DNA of 64,000 nt from contig CAXXVL010000001.1 of the NCBI GenBank assembly GCA_963667845.2, positions 288,001 through 352,000 of the forward strand. The letters are read 5' to 3'. This DNA comes from Smithellaceae bacterium. GTDB lineage: Bacteria > Desulfobacterota > Syntrophia > Syntrophales > Smithellaceae. Each line of letters begins with the position of its first letter. Positions within the stretch are counted from its first letter, which is position 1. The translations under genes and the position numbers were made by a program. Positions 1 to 9,074 of the stretch are shown in pieces. The notes below the pieces were generated by a model that was given only the letters and a program-made list of their open reading frames with translations, did not search any database and was not told the DNA's origin.

Positions 1-484
1 GGACCTTTTTTACAGGATTGCGGTGATCCCGATTTTCATTCCGCCGCTCAGGGACAGAAAAGGGGACATCCTTCCCCTGATCAGGCATTTCATGCAGATC
101 TTTAATGCAAAATATAATACGGACATCAAGATTCCGGTAAAGTTGATGAATCGGCTCTCTCAGTACGAATGGCCGGGTAATGTGCGCGAGCTGAAAAATG
201 TCATCGAGCGGATGGCGATCGTGTATGCCTCGCAGGAATTGGATGAGGACGATCTCGAATCAATCCTCAATATCAATCCTTACGGAAACGACATCAGCGA
301 CGATGCTCAGATCCCCGAACCTCCTTTGCGTTTGCTGCCGTCTTCCCTGAAGGATGCCGAGGCAAATATCATCCGGCAGGCCTGCAAGGCTGCGGGAAGT
401 GTTGTTGAAGCCGCTAAAGTGCTCGGCATCAATCCATCGACCATTTATCGAAAATTGAAAACCGGCGCCATTCGTCTCGATTAA
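1..484 (+). CDS. Sigma-54-dependent transcriptional activator, C-terminal part (5' end outside window)
   Basis: DLFYRI..IPPLRDR, YEWPGNVRELKN and a Fis-type HTH (AAKVLGINPSTIYRKLK). Confidence 0.9.
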   Translation, partial: DLFYRIAVIPIFIPPLRDRKGDILPLIRHFMQIFNAKYNTDIKIPVKLMNRLSQYEWPGNVRELKNVIERMAIVYASQELDEDDLESILNINPYGNDISDDAQIPEPPLRLLPSSLKDAEANIIRQACKAAGSVVEAAKVLGINPSTIYRKLKTGAIRLD

Positions 485-492
485 CCGCGATT

Positions 493-593
493 GTCAATCA
501 CTTCGCAACAAGCTGTTGAGGAATGAAATGAACGTCGCTGCTTCGCAGCAAGCTGCGGAGAATTAACGCTCGTTGGGCGTGAGCCGGGATGAA
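493..593 (+). repeat. ~100-bp triple-hairpin dispersed element, copy A
   Basis: Matches consensus ATCAACCACCTCGCAGCAAGCTG..ATGAAATGAACGTC..TCGCAGCAAGCTGCGGAGAATTAACGCTCGT..CGTGAGCGGGAT. Confidence 0.9.
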
Positions 594-788
594 ATATTTG
601 CATAATGCACAGATGATTTGCATTAAGCAAATACAGTCTGGAAATCAGTCCGTGGAATATATACTCCTGCGGATACCCGATCGGAAATTGGCGAGAGGCA
701 GGTCATCGGCATCTGCGGCGCCACAGATACTTTCTGTACAAGTTCTTGCATGCCGGGATTTTTTTCCATATAGACAGACGACACGTTT

Positions 789-1790
789 TTGTCGAAGGAG
801 GATTTGGTGCAACCGATATTCAAATTTGTCTCGAAGGTTATAGACTCTGCCCTGGGCAGAGCGGGGAAGGAAGAAAAAAGTGAGACCGACATAAGGCTTC
901 CGCTTATTGCCGCCGTCCGGTCGGGGAACAGTACGGAAGTTGCGCGCCTGCTGATGCTTCCGGGCGCCGATGCAGCTGCCCGCGACAAGGAAGGAAGGAC
1001 ATTGCTCCACCACCTTGTGCCCGAACTGGTAAAGCTTACCGATTCCGAAAAGGCTCTTTCGTATGAGTGCGTCGTTCTTCTCCTGGCCCGGGGAGGGGAT
1101 ATTAACGCCGGCGACAATTATGGGAATACGCCTTTGAGTGATGCGGTAAAGTTAGGCGATGTAAAGACAGTCGAGTTTCTTCTGAAAAACAGGGCCGACG
1201 CAAACGCCCGGGACAAGAGCGGAAAGACACCGCTGCACGAGTTCTTTTCAGTGAGCGGTCCCATCTATATCAAACACATCAACCGCGAAGTCGATCTGCC
1301 GCAGATTGAAAGATCCATTGCCGAAATGCTCATCCGTAACGGGGCCGACGTGAATGCCGCAGACAATCAGGGGCGCACGGCTCTGGCCGTGGCGGCCGGT
1401 GTCGGTCACATGAAGGCGGTTGAGCTCCTCCTGAAAAACGGGGCCGACGTAAACGCCCCGGACAATGACGGGAAGACGCCGCTGCACATGATCAATACGG
1501 TTGTGGGAGACAGGTCCACCCCCGGACAAATCACCAGAATTACGGAAATGCTGATCGAGAGCGGGGCCGACGTGAATGCCCGCGATAACAAGCAGCAAAC
1601 ACCGCTCTTCTTTTCACGCATCGACTCCATGGCCGTAATGATCGCCGGCGGGGCGGATATCAATGCCCGGGACGGGGAGGGCAAAACGCCCATCTTCTGC
1701 GTTAAATCGCAGAAGTGCCTCGAAGCTCTGATTGAGAAGGGGGCGGATACCGAAGCCGTCGATTGTGAAGGTAGAAACTATTGTCAGTAG
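789..1790 (+). CDS. Ankyrin repeat protein (start uncertain)
   Basis: Multiple G.TPLH/G.TAL..A and L...GADVNA.D repeats. Confidence 0.9.
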   Translation: MSKEDLVQPIFKFVSKVIDSALGRAGKEEKSETDIRLPLIAAVRSGNSTEVARLLMLPGADAAARDKEGRTLLHHLVPELVKLTDSEKALSYECVVLLLARGGDINAGDNYGNTPLSDAVKLGDVKTVEFLLKNRADANARDKSGKTPLHEFFSVSGPIYIKHINREVDLPQIERSIAEMLIRNGADVNAADNQGRTALAVAAGVGHMKAVELLLKNGADVNAPDNDGKTPLHMINTVVGDRSTPGQITRITEMLIESGADVNARDNKQQTPLFFSRIDSMAVMIAGGADINARDGEGKTPIFCVKSQKCLEALIEKGADTEAVDCEGRNYCQ

Positions 1791-1940
1791 ATACCGTTCT
1801 TGAAATGAAAGCAGGCTTATGATGAGCCGGTTTATAATTCGGATCTTAGATTTTGCCGGATTTCAGGACTCCAAAGATAACGTGAACCGGTTTCCGCATA
1901 ATAGCACAGACAATAACTTCCCCGTTTTTGCCTTTATCTT

Positions 1941-2041
1941 TTAATCCCGCTTAAGCGGGACGAGCGTTAATTCCGTGTCGCTCGCTACAAAATAATGACG
2001 TTCATTTCATACCCCGGCAGCTTGCTGCGAGGTGGTTGATT
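1941..2041 (-). repeat. ~100-bp triple-hairpin dispersed element, copy B
   Basis: Reverse complement of the consensus. Confidence 0.9.
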
Positions 2042-2327
2042 CGGTTATAAAAAGCAATCATCAGAGGATTGCACTGCTTTGCTTCAATTGTTATTCCATA
2101 AACTCGACATAATCAGTCCGGAGATAAAAAACTTTAGACTGTCCTGTCGAATCAGGGTTGCGACCCGCAAAGCAGCATATGCCGGTCAAGGTAATCTTCG
2201 TTTCTCTCGTTAAAATCTATTCTGACATTTCTATATCTTACCTTACATTACGATGATCCCGGGCGAAGAAAGATAGACAAAGGATATCTCTTGCGAGCCG
2301 AAGGAAAGCATTATCTGAAATTTTTTC

Positions 2328-2380
2328 TTGACAAAGAAATATGATTATATATAAAAGATACTATCTATTGTATACTTTAA
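2328..2380 (+). promoter_or_regulatory. Probable sigma70 promoter of the hxlR-like operon, with a possible operator
   Basis: TTGACA at 2328, AT-rich -10-like TATAAA at 2350, imperfect palindrome AAAGATAC..GTATACTTT. Confidence 0.5.
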
Positions 2381-2402
2381 AGAAAGGACTTGAGGGGAAA
2401 CT

Positions 2403-3077
2403 ATGGGAACCGCATATCAGCACTTTTGTCCAGTTGCCCGGTCACTTGAAAAAATCGGGGACAAGTGGTCGTTATTGATTGTCCGCGACCTTCTTAGAGG
2501 CCCCCAGCGGTTCACAGATCTGATGGGCTACTTAAACAATATCACCCCGAAATGGTTGACTCTGCGCCTTCGGGAACTCGAGTCTGCAGGCATTATCCAG
2601 CGTGACTCCCAGCCCGGACGCCGTGAAGTCTGGTACGAACTGACCCCTGCCGGCCTTGATCTTCGTCCGGTGGTCGAAACACTCACGGACTGGGGGATGC
2701 GTCATGCCATGCGGCCCCCCCGGCCGGAAGAATCGGTCCATGCCGATTTGATGATCAGGGGGCTGACGTTGTCGCTTAACAAAAAACACAAGAAACTTAA
2801 CCGGGCAACTGCCTGGGCGATTCACTTCCCGCAGAAGACTTTTACACTCTCCTTCGATCACGAGGTCTGGTCGAGTTCGGAAACTGAAACATCCGATCCC
2901 GATCTCAGGATTACCACAACACCTGTGGCCATGGCCCACTTCGTTACCGTGCCCCGTGATGAACGGCGTCGGCTGGCCGAAGCGATGCAATACGCAGGGA
3001 CACCTGACCGGATCAGGGAATTTAAGCAGGTCTTTGGCATCCCGGATGGCGGAGAAAAGAATGAAAACAGACGATGA
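2403..3077 (+). CDS. HxlR-family winged-helix regulator with a C-terminal (SCP2-like) extension
   Basis: Y..FCPVARSLEKIGDKWSLLIVRDLLRGPQRF..L..RLRELE..YELT..G. Confidence 0.9.
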   Translation: MGTAYQHFCPVARSLEKIGDKWSLLIVRDLLRGPQRFTDLMGYLNNITPKWLTLRLRELESAGIIQRDSQPGRREVWYELTPAGLDLRPVVETLTDWGMRHAMRPPRPEESVHADLMIRGLTLSLNKKHKKLNRATAWAIHFPQKTFTLSFDHEVWSSSETETSDPDLRITTTPVAMAHFVTVPRDERRRLAEAMQYAGTPDRIREFKQVFGIPDGGEKNENRR

Positions 3078-3092
3078 AAGGAAAAATGAACC

Positions 3093-4220
3093 ATGAGCAC
3101 CTTATTTTCGAGCAGCACTATTAACACTATGAAATTGCCGAATCGCTTCGTGAGATCGGCGACGTGGGAGGGAATGGCGGCTGACGACGGCGCCGTTACG
3201 CCGAAGCTCATCGCCACTATGGCCGACTTGGCCAAAGGCGGTGTGGGATTGATTATCAGTTCTCACGCATACGTTAGCCCCGAGGGGCAAGCCGGTCCCT
3301 GGCAGTTGGGTATCTACAAAGATGATCTCATGGCGGGCTTGGAAAAAATGACCGCCGCAGTCCATGCCGCGGGTGGGAAGATCGTGGCTCAATTGGCCCA
3401 TGCCGGCCAGGCGGCCGCCGCATCTCTCAGCGGGCGTACCCCGATGGTGGTTTCCGATTTTGCCGGGCTCATGAAATCACCGCGGCAGGAAATGACAGCA
3501 CCGGACATACGACGTATCATAACAGATTTTGCCGATGCGGCCAAGAGAGCCAAGGCGTCAGGATTCGACGGTGTTCAACTCCATGCGGCGCATGGCTACC
3601 TCCTCAATCAATTTCTGTCCCCCGCCTTTAACCGGCGTCAGGATGAATACGGCGGCAGCATTGCGAATCGCGCCCGGATCGTCCTCGACGTGCTTCGGGC
3701 TGTTCGGGAAACCGTCGGACGGGATTTCCCCATCCTGGTCAAAATGAATAGCCAGGATTTTATCGAAAACGGATTAACGCTGACGGATTCAGTGCAAGTG
3801 GCCGAACTCCTGGCCGCTGTCGGTATCGATGCCGTTGAGTTAAGCGGAGGCATGGTCGGAAGCGCGAAATTGATGCCCAGCCGCACGGGCATCAATTCAG
3901 AAGAAACCGAGGCCTATTTCCGGGAAGAAGCACGGGCTTTTAAGAAACGGCTTTCCGTCCCTCTGATCCTGGTGGGCGGTCTGCGCTCACTGGAAGTGGC
4001 CGAGACCCTCATGGAAGAAGGTATTGCCGATTACATTTCCATGTGCCGGCCTTTCATCCGGGAACCGGGCCTGATCAATCGCTGGAAGGCCGGGGACCGC
4101 CGCAAATCCGGATGTCTGTCGGATAATCAGTGCTTCACTCCCGGCCGCGAGGGAAAAGGCATCTATTGTGTCGTCGAGGAACGTGAACAGGCAAAGAAGA
4201 AGGAAAAAAGAAGTGAGTGA
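3093..4220 (+). CDS. NADH:flavin oxidoreductase (Old Yellow Enzyme family)
   Basis: NRFVRSATWE, QLAHAG, GFDGVQLHAAHGYLLNQFLSP..N.R.DEYGGS..NRAR. Confidence 0.93.
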   Translation: MSTLFSSSTINTMKLPNRFVRSATWEGMAADDGAVTPKLIATMADLAKGGVGLIISSHAYVSPEGQAGPWQLGIYKDDLMAGLEKMTAAVHAAGGKIVAQLAHAGQAAAASLSGRTPMVVSDFAGLMKSPRQEMTAPDIRRIITDFADAAKRAKASGFDGVQLHAAHGYLLNQFLSPAFNRRQDEYGGSIANRARIVLDVLRAVRETVGRDFPILVKMNSQDFIENGLTLTDSVQVAELLAAVGIDAVELSGGMVGSAKLMPSRTGINSEETEAYFREEARAFKKRLSVPLILVGGLRSLEVAETLMEEGIADYISMCRPFIREPGLINRWKAGDRRKSGCLSDNQCFTPGREGKGIYCVVEEREQAKKKEKRSE

Positions 4221-4311
4221 CGAAGGATATAAGAACCATCTGGCAGAGGCACATTCAGACCTGAAGAATAACCGCCATAGCCGCATGGTTACAGAAAAAA
4301 ATTGAGTCGGG

Positions 4312-5700
4312 ATGGAAAGAATGTCTGAATCAAGCACCGCTGCAAAAAACCACTCTGCAATCGACCGACGCACTCTTGCTCTGCAGCAGGGAGCGGTTTT
4401 TCCTGTTTTGATCCGCATGGCCGCGCCCAATATCTTCCTCGCTTTCATGTGGGCGCTGGTGAGCTTCGCGGAAACGTGGTTCGTCGGCCGAGCCGGAACG
4501 CCCGCTCTGGCAGGGATTGCGCTGGTCTTTCCCCTGATTATGCTGATGCAGATGATGTCGGGGGGAGCCATGGGAGGGGCGGTTTCTTCGTCGATCTCCC
4601 GCGCGCTAGGCTCGGGAAACACCCGGAAGGCGGAACTCCTTGCCATCCACGCTATCGTGATCGCTCTTGTTTTCGGGCTGATCTTCACCATGATGATGGT
4701 CCTGGGAGGTCCGGGACTCTACAGTATTCTCGGCGGCAAAGGAGAGGTGCTGTCCCAGGCTGTCGGCTATTCATGTATTATCTTCGGCGGCGCCGCCGTG
4801 ATCTGGATCTGCAACACTCTGGCCAGCATCATGCGGGGGACGGGGGACATGCTGGTTCCCGCGGTAGTCCTGAGTTTGACCTCGCTTACGCATATCCCGC
4901 TGTGCGGCGCACTCGTTCTGGGTTGGGGCCCTTTTCCAAAGATGGGCCTGAGCGGCGCCGGGATCTCGTATATCGCCACGTTCGGCGCCGCCACCGTCTT
5001 TCTCGCGTTCTGGCTTCTGGCCGGCCACAGCGGCCTCCGGATCCATTGGCGCGGACTGAGCCTGAGCGCGTCCCTTTTCAAGGATATCCTCGGCGTCGGG
5101 CTGCTTTCATCCGTCAACACCATACAGACCGTTGCGGCGGCCGTCATCCTGACAGGCCTGGTGGGATCATTTGGAACTGCCGCGCTGGCCGGCTACGGAC
5201 TCGGGGTTCGCCTGGAAATGCTGCAAGTGCCGATCATCTTTGCGCTGGGCTCCGCCCTCATTCCCATTGTCGGGGTGAGCATCGGTGCAGCCGACATAAA
5301 ACGCGCGAAGAAGGTGGCCTGGATGGGAGCGGGATTTGCGGCCTGTCTGACGGGGGCGGTGGGGATCACCGTCGCGATCCGGCCGGAAACCTGGGCGGGG
5401 CTGTTTAGCAGCGATCCGGCCGTGCTGGAGACAGCATTCAGCTATCTTCATATTGTCGGGACCTTCTATATATTCCTCGGAATCGGCATCGCCCTCTATT
5501 TCGCCTCCCAGGGTGCGCGGAGAATGTTCTTCCCTATGCTTGCCGGCACGGCTCGTTTCCTGACCGCGGTCTGCGGCGGGTTTGTGATGGTTTCTTTTTT
5601 TGATGGGAAGGCCGGTTCGGTATTCGTTTTCATCAGCCTGGGCATGCTGGCTCTGGGCGTCGGCGCCGCCGCAGCCGTCAAATGGACTGACTGGCGCTGA
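4312..5700 (+). CDS. MATE-family efflux transporter
   Basis: About 12 hydrophobic segments; G...ALAG, RGTGD..VP, G.GL.GA motifs in two repeats. Confidence 0.88.
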   Translation: MERMSESSTAAKNHSAIDRRTLALQQGAVFPVLIRMAAPNIFLAFMWALVSFAETWFVGRAGTPALAGIALVFPLIMLMQMMSGGAMGGAVSSSISRALGSGNTRKAELLAIHAIVIALVFGLIFTMMMVLGGPGLYSILGGKGEVLSQAVGYSCIIFGGAAVIWICNTLASIMRGTGDMLVPAVVLSLTSLTHIPLCGALVLGWGPFPKMGLSGAGISYIATFGAATVFLAFWLLAGHSGLRIHWRGLSLSASLFKDILGVGLLSSVNTIQTVAAAVILTGLVGSFGTAALAGYGLGVRLEMLQVPIIFALGSALIPIVGVSIGAADIKRAKKVAWMGAGFAACLTGAVGITVAIRPETWAGLFSSDPAVLETAFSYLHIVGTFYIFLGIGIALYFASQGARRMFFPMLAGTARFLTAVCGGFVMVSFFDGKAGSVFVFISLGMLALGVGAAAAVKWTDWR

Positions 5701-5826
5701 CCAACGATTAAACTATCGTAACTTTTGCCGGAGCAGATATTTTTAACTTAAGGAGCAGATGATTGGCGCGGACGCCCGGATTGTTCCGGTGTTCATGCCC
5801 CGCAAGTCGAATGGAGTAAAGCGCAT

Positions 5827-6408
5827 ATGAACATTTGTACCTATTCTTTTGAAGAGTATCTCCACCTGGTAAAGTCTTTTCACGGCCATCTCGCGCCGGG
5901 TTTAATCGTCGGTGGATTTATGGTTGATCTGGCGATGAAAAATCTGCCTGAAGGTCAGTTTTTCGATGCCGTTTGTGAAACACCGGTTTGTCTGCCCGAT
6001 GCCGTGCAAATCCTCACGCCTTGCACCATCGGCAATGGTTGGTTAAGTATCGTCAATTTCGGCAGGTTTGCCGTCACTCTTTATGAAAAATATACCGGTG
6101 CGGGTGTACGGGTTTATCTGGACGCGGAGAAATTGAATGCCTGGCCGGAAGTGCGCGACTGGTATCTCAAAAAGAAGAAGAAGCAAGACCAGGACAAAGA
6201 CCTGTTGATGGCTCAGATTAAGGAGGCTGGATACGGATTGCTCGGCATGCAAAGGCTGCAGGTTGATCCGGAGAAAGTCCGGCGCAAAAAAATGGGGCAG
6301 GTCCGTATTTGTCCGGCCTGCAGCGAGGCTTATCCAACGCGTGACGGGGACAAATGTCGGAATTGTCAGGGCGACACACCTTACAAAGATGCGGTTGCCG
6401 TACACTAA
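5827..6408 (+). CDS. FmdE (formylmethanofuran dehydrogenase subunit E)-family protein, copy 1
   Basis: FHGHLAPG, CET..CLPDAVQ.LTPCT.GNG, C-terminal CP.C.E.YP..C..CQG zinc finger. Confidence 0.88.
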   Translation: MNICTYSFEEYLHLVKSFHGHLAPGLIVGGFMVDLAMKNLPEGQFFDAVCETPVCLPDAVQILTPCTIGNGWLSIVNFGRFAVTLYEKYTGAGVRVYLDAEKLNAWPEVRDWYLKKKKKQDQDKDLLMAQIKEAGYGLLGMQRLQVDPEKVRRKKMGQVRICPACSEAYPTRDGDKCRNCQGDTPYKDAVAVH

Positions 6409-6438
6409 TAGACTCAAAACCTGAAGGAAGTAAAAATC

Positions 6439-7011
6439 ATGAAAGTTGTTGGATTTGTCGGAAGCCCGCGCAAGAAGGGCAATACAACCACCATCGTCAA
6501 TGAAGTGTTACGCGGCGCATCCGAGGCCGGTGCGGAAACCAAAATATTTAATCTCAATGAGCTGAACATCCGGGGATGCCAGGCCTGCTACAAATGCCAG
6601 ACGCCGGAAGGAAAGTGCGTGCAGACGGACGGCATGGCGCCGCTTTATGATGAAATCTTTAGCGCCGACGCCGTCGTGATCGGGACGCCCGTCTTCATGT
6701 TCCAGGTAACGGGGCAGACCAAGACGTTTATCGACCGTCTTTTTGCGTTGCTGTATCTCAAGGACGGCAAACCGGGAGCGTTCCGGAATAAGATAAAAGG
6801 AAAAAAGGTCATCACCGTCTATTCGCAGGCACAGCCGGAAACCGCCTTGTTTGCTTCGTCCTTCGACCTCAATGAAGGCGTCCTCGCTTTTCTGGGCTTC
6901 AAGGTTGAAGGCCGCATTGCCGCAGGAGGCATGGCGAACCTGGATTCGGCAAAAAACAGCCCGTCCGTCATGGAAAAGGCGTATGCAGCGGGCGCTGAAT
7001 TGGTGAAGTGA
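6439..7011 (+). CDS. Flavodoxin-fold iron-sulfur flavoprotein / NADPH-dependent FMN reductase
   Basis: GSPRKKGNT, GCQACYKC....C, GTPV. Confidence 0.9.
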   Translation: MKVVGFVGSPRKKGNTTTIVNEVLRGASEAGAETKIFNLNELNIRGCQACYKCQTPEGKCVQTDGMAPLYDEIFSADAVVIGTPVFMFQVTGQTKTFIDRLFALLYLKDGKPGAFRNKIKGKKVITVYSQAQPETALFASSFDLNEGVLAFLGFKVEGRIAAGGMANLDSAKNSPSVMEKAYAAGAELVK

Positions 7012-7049
7012 AAGCAGCATGAAGCAACCAAACTATGAAGGAGGAGGAT

Positions 7050-7826
7050 ATGGAAAAGGTAACCTATGAGCACAGTGGTAAGTTGGGCATCATCACGTTT
7101 GCCGATAAACCACTGAACCTGCTGGGTGCTGAGCTCGGACAGGGATTCTTCAAAGCTATTGATCGGGCGAAGCAGGACAGTCTCCGGGGATTGATCCTGA
7201 AGGTGGACGAGGGTCACTTTTCCGCCGGCGCCGATATCAACCGGTTTCTCGGCATGACGCCAGACAACGCCAGGGAAGGATTCCGCGATTTTCAGGCGGC
7301 GCTCCACGCCATTGAAGCTTTCCCTTTCCCCACTATGGCCGTCGTGCGTGGGTTGTGCCTGGGCGGTGGCCTGGAAATCGCCCTCGCCTTCGATCTCATC
7401 TGGGCGGCTGAAAACGCTTCCTTCGGCCAGGTCGAAGTCATCATCGGCGCCCTGCCTTTCGGCGGCGGTGGCCAGCGGCTCGCCGCCAGAGCCGGCGCCA
7501 ACCGGGCCAAAGAGCTGGTCTTCAGCGGCCGCATCTTTCCGGCTAAGGATTTCGAAAGATGGAATATCATCAACAGGATTCTTCCGGAAGCGGAGGTCAA
7601 CGCCAAGGCTCTGGCTTTCATGCAGAACCTGGCAGACAATGGCCCGACCATTGCCATAGGGTCTGCCAAGCGAATCATCAATGCGTATGTCGAAAAAGGA
7701 TTGGCGGAAGCCGACCGCCTCACACTGGATTTATCGGCCGAGCTCTTCGGGACAGAGGATCTGCAGACGGGGGCCAAGTCCCTCCTGGCGAATGGCCCCG
7801 GCAAGGCCAAGTTTGTCGGTAAATAA
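7050..7826 (+). CDS. Enoyl-CoA hydratase/isomerase family protein
   Basis: FSAGADI, G.CLGGGLE.ALAFD, FGQVE..G..P.GGG.QRL; SD AGGAGG before ATG 7050. Confidence 0.92.
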   Translation: MEKVTYEHSGKLGIITFADKPLNLLGAELGQGFFKAIDRAKQDSLRGLILKVDEGHFSAGADINRFLGMTPDNAREGFRDFQAALHAIEAFPFPTMAVVRGLCLGGGLEIALAFDLIWAAENASFGQVEVIIGALPFGGGGQRLAARAGANRAKELVFSGRIFPAKDFERWNIINRILPEAEVNAKALAFMQNLADNGPTIAIGSAKRIINAYVEKGLAEADRLTLDLSAELFGTEDLQTGAKSLLANGPGKAKFVGK

Positions 7827-7946
7827 ATAACCTGAAGCGTGCTTGAAGAAAAAACAATCAGGAATTTTTTCTTAACAAATCTTTGATCGATCGCTTTTGA
7901 GTAATTTTCAAAGACCTCAGGTGGAAAAGTAAGGAGAACATAAAAT

Positions 7947-9029
7947 ATGAGTCAGGAAGTTTACAAACAATTACTTGAAGTGATGAAAAAGCGGGGAGGT
8001 AAGTATGCCGGCATGGATATCCCCGAGTTCTTCTCGATGGTGGAAGAATTATTCACCCCGCAGGAGGCCGAGGTCAACAATGCCATGCCCAAAGGTTTTT
8101 TTGCAGCCAAAGCCTTGGCCATCACCATGGGCAGGGATGAAACAGAGATAGAAGCCATTCTGGAGGCCATGGCGGACAAAGGCCTGTGCCTGGCCCTGGA
8201 CATGGAGCAAAAACGGGTTTATCAGGCGTCCCGGTTTATGGTTGGCATTTTGGAATATCAATTTATGCCCGGGAAAACCACCGACAGGGACAAAAAGATC
8301 GCCCGACTGATTCACGCTTATGAAAAGGCCTTTGATCAGAAGGCGGCCGATCAAACCGTCATGAGCTTTCCCCCTACCCGGGTCATCACGGTCGATGCCC
8401 TGGTTCAGGCCGACAATCAAGTCCATACCTATGATCAGGTTCAGACCTATATCGACCGATCCGAGCAGATTGCCGTCACGACCTGTTACTGCCGTCATGC
8501 GGCTTTTCTACGGGGAGAAGATATCCACGGGACGCCTAATGATGTCTGTATGCAGTTTGGCCCCGGGGCTCAATTCGCTATCGATCGATTGGGGGCCCGG
8601 AAAGTAAGCAAACAAGAAGCGAGGGAGGTACTAAACCGGGCTGAAGAAGCCGGATTGATTCACATGAGTCAAAACATGACCGAAGGCATCAGCTTTTTAT
8701 GCAACTGCGACCGCTGGCACTGTGGTGCTGTACTAAGCGCCCTGGCCAAGCCCAAACCCGGACTTTTCTTCAATTCCGGTTTTGAGCCGCGCTTTGACCC
8801 TGATCTATGTTCGGCCTGTGGCGTTTGTATTGAGCGATGCCCGCCCGCAGCACTGACATTGGGCGATGATGGCCCTCCTCAAGTCAACCTGGACCGCTGT
8901 TTCGGATGCGCCGTTTGCGCCACCGGCTGTCCTTCACAAGCTATCTCTATGGTCAATAAACCGGGTTTTGCCCCGCCGCCGAAAAATGCCAAGGCCTTCA
9001 TGGAGGCTCTCCATGCCAGCCACATTTAA
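7947..9029 (+). CDS. 4Fe-4S dicluster protein with an N-terminal HTH-like region
   Basis: C.CR, CNC...C, and two CxxCxxCxxxCP motifs. Confidence 0.88.
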   Translation: MSQEVYKQLLEVMKKRGGKYAGMDIPEFFSMVEELFTPQEAEVNNAMPKGFFAAKALAITMGRDETEIEAILEAMADKGLCLALDMEQKRVYQASRFMVGILEYQFMPGKTTDRDKKIARLIHAYEKAFDQKAADQTVMSFPPTRVITVDALVQADNQVHTYDQVQTYIDRSEQIAVTTCYCRHAAFLRGEDIHGTPNDVCMQFGPGAQFAIDRLGARKVSKQEAREVLNRAEEAGLIHMSQNMTEGISFLCNCDRWHCGAVLSALAKPKPGLFFNSGFEPRFDPDLCSACGVCIERCPPAALTLGDDGPPQVNLDRCFGCAVCATGCPSQAISMVNKPGFAPPPKNAKAFMEALHASHI

Positions 9030-9074
9030 CAAATTTAAGAATCGTCGGTCTGAATTTTAGCAAAGGAGGGTATC

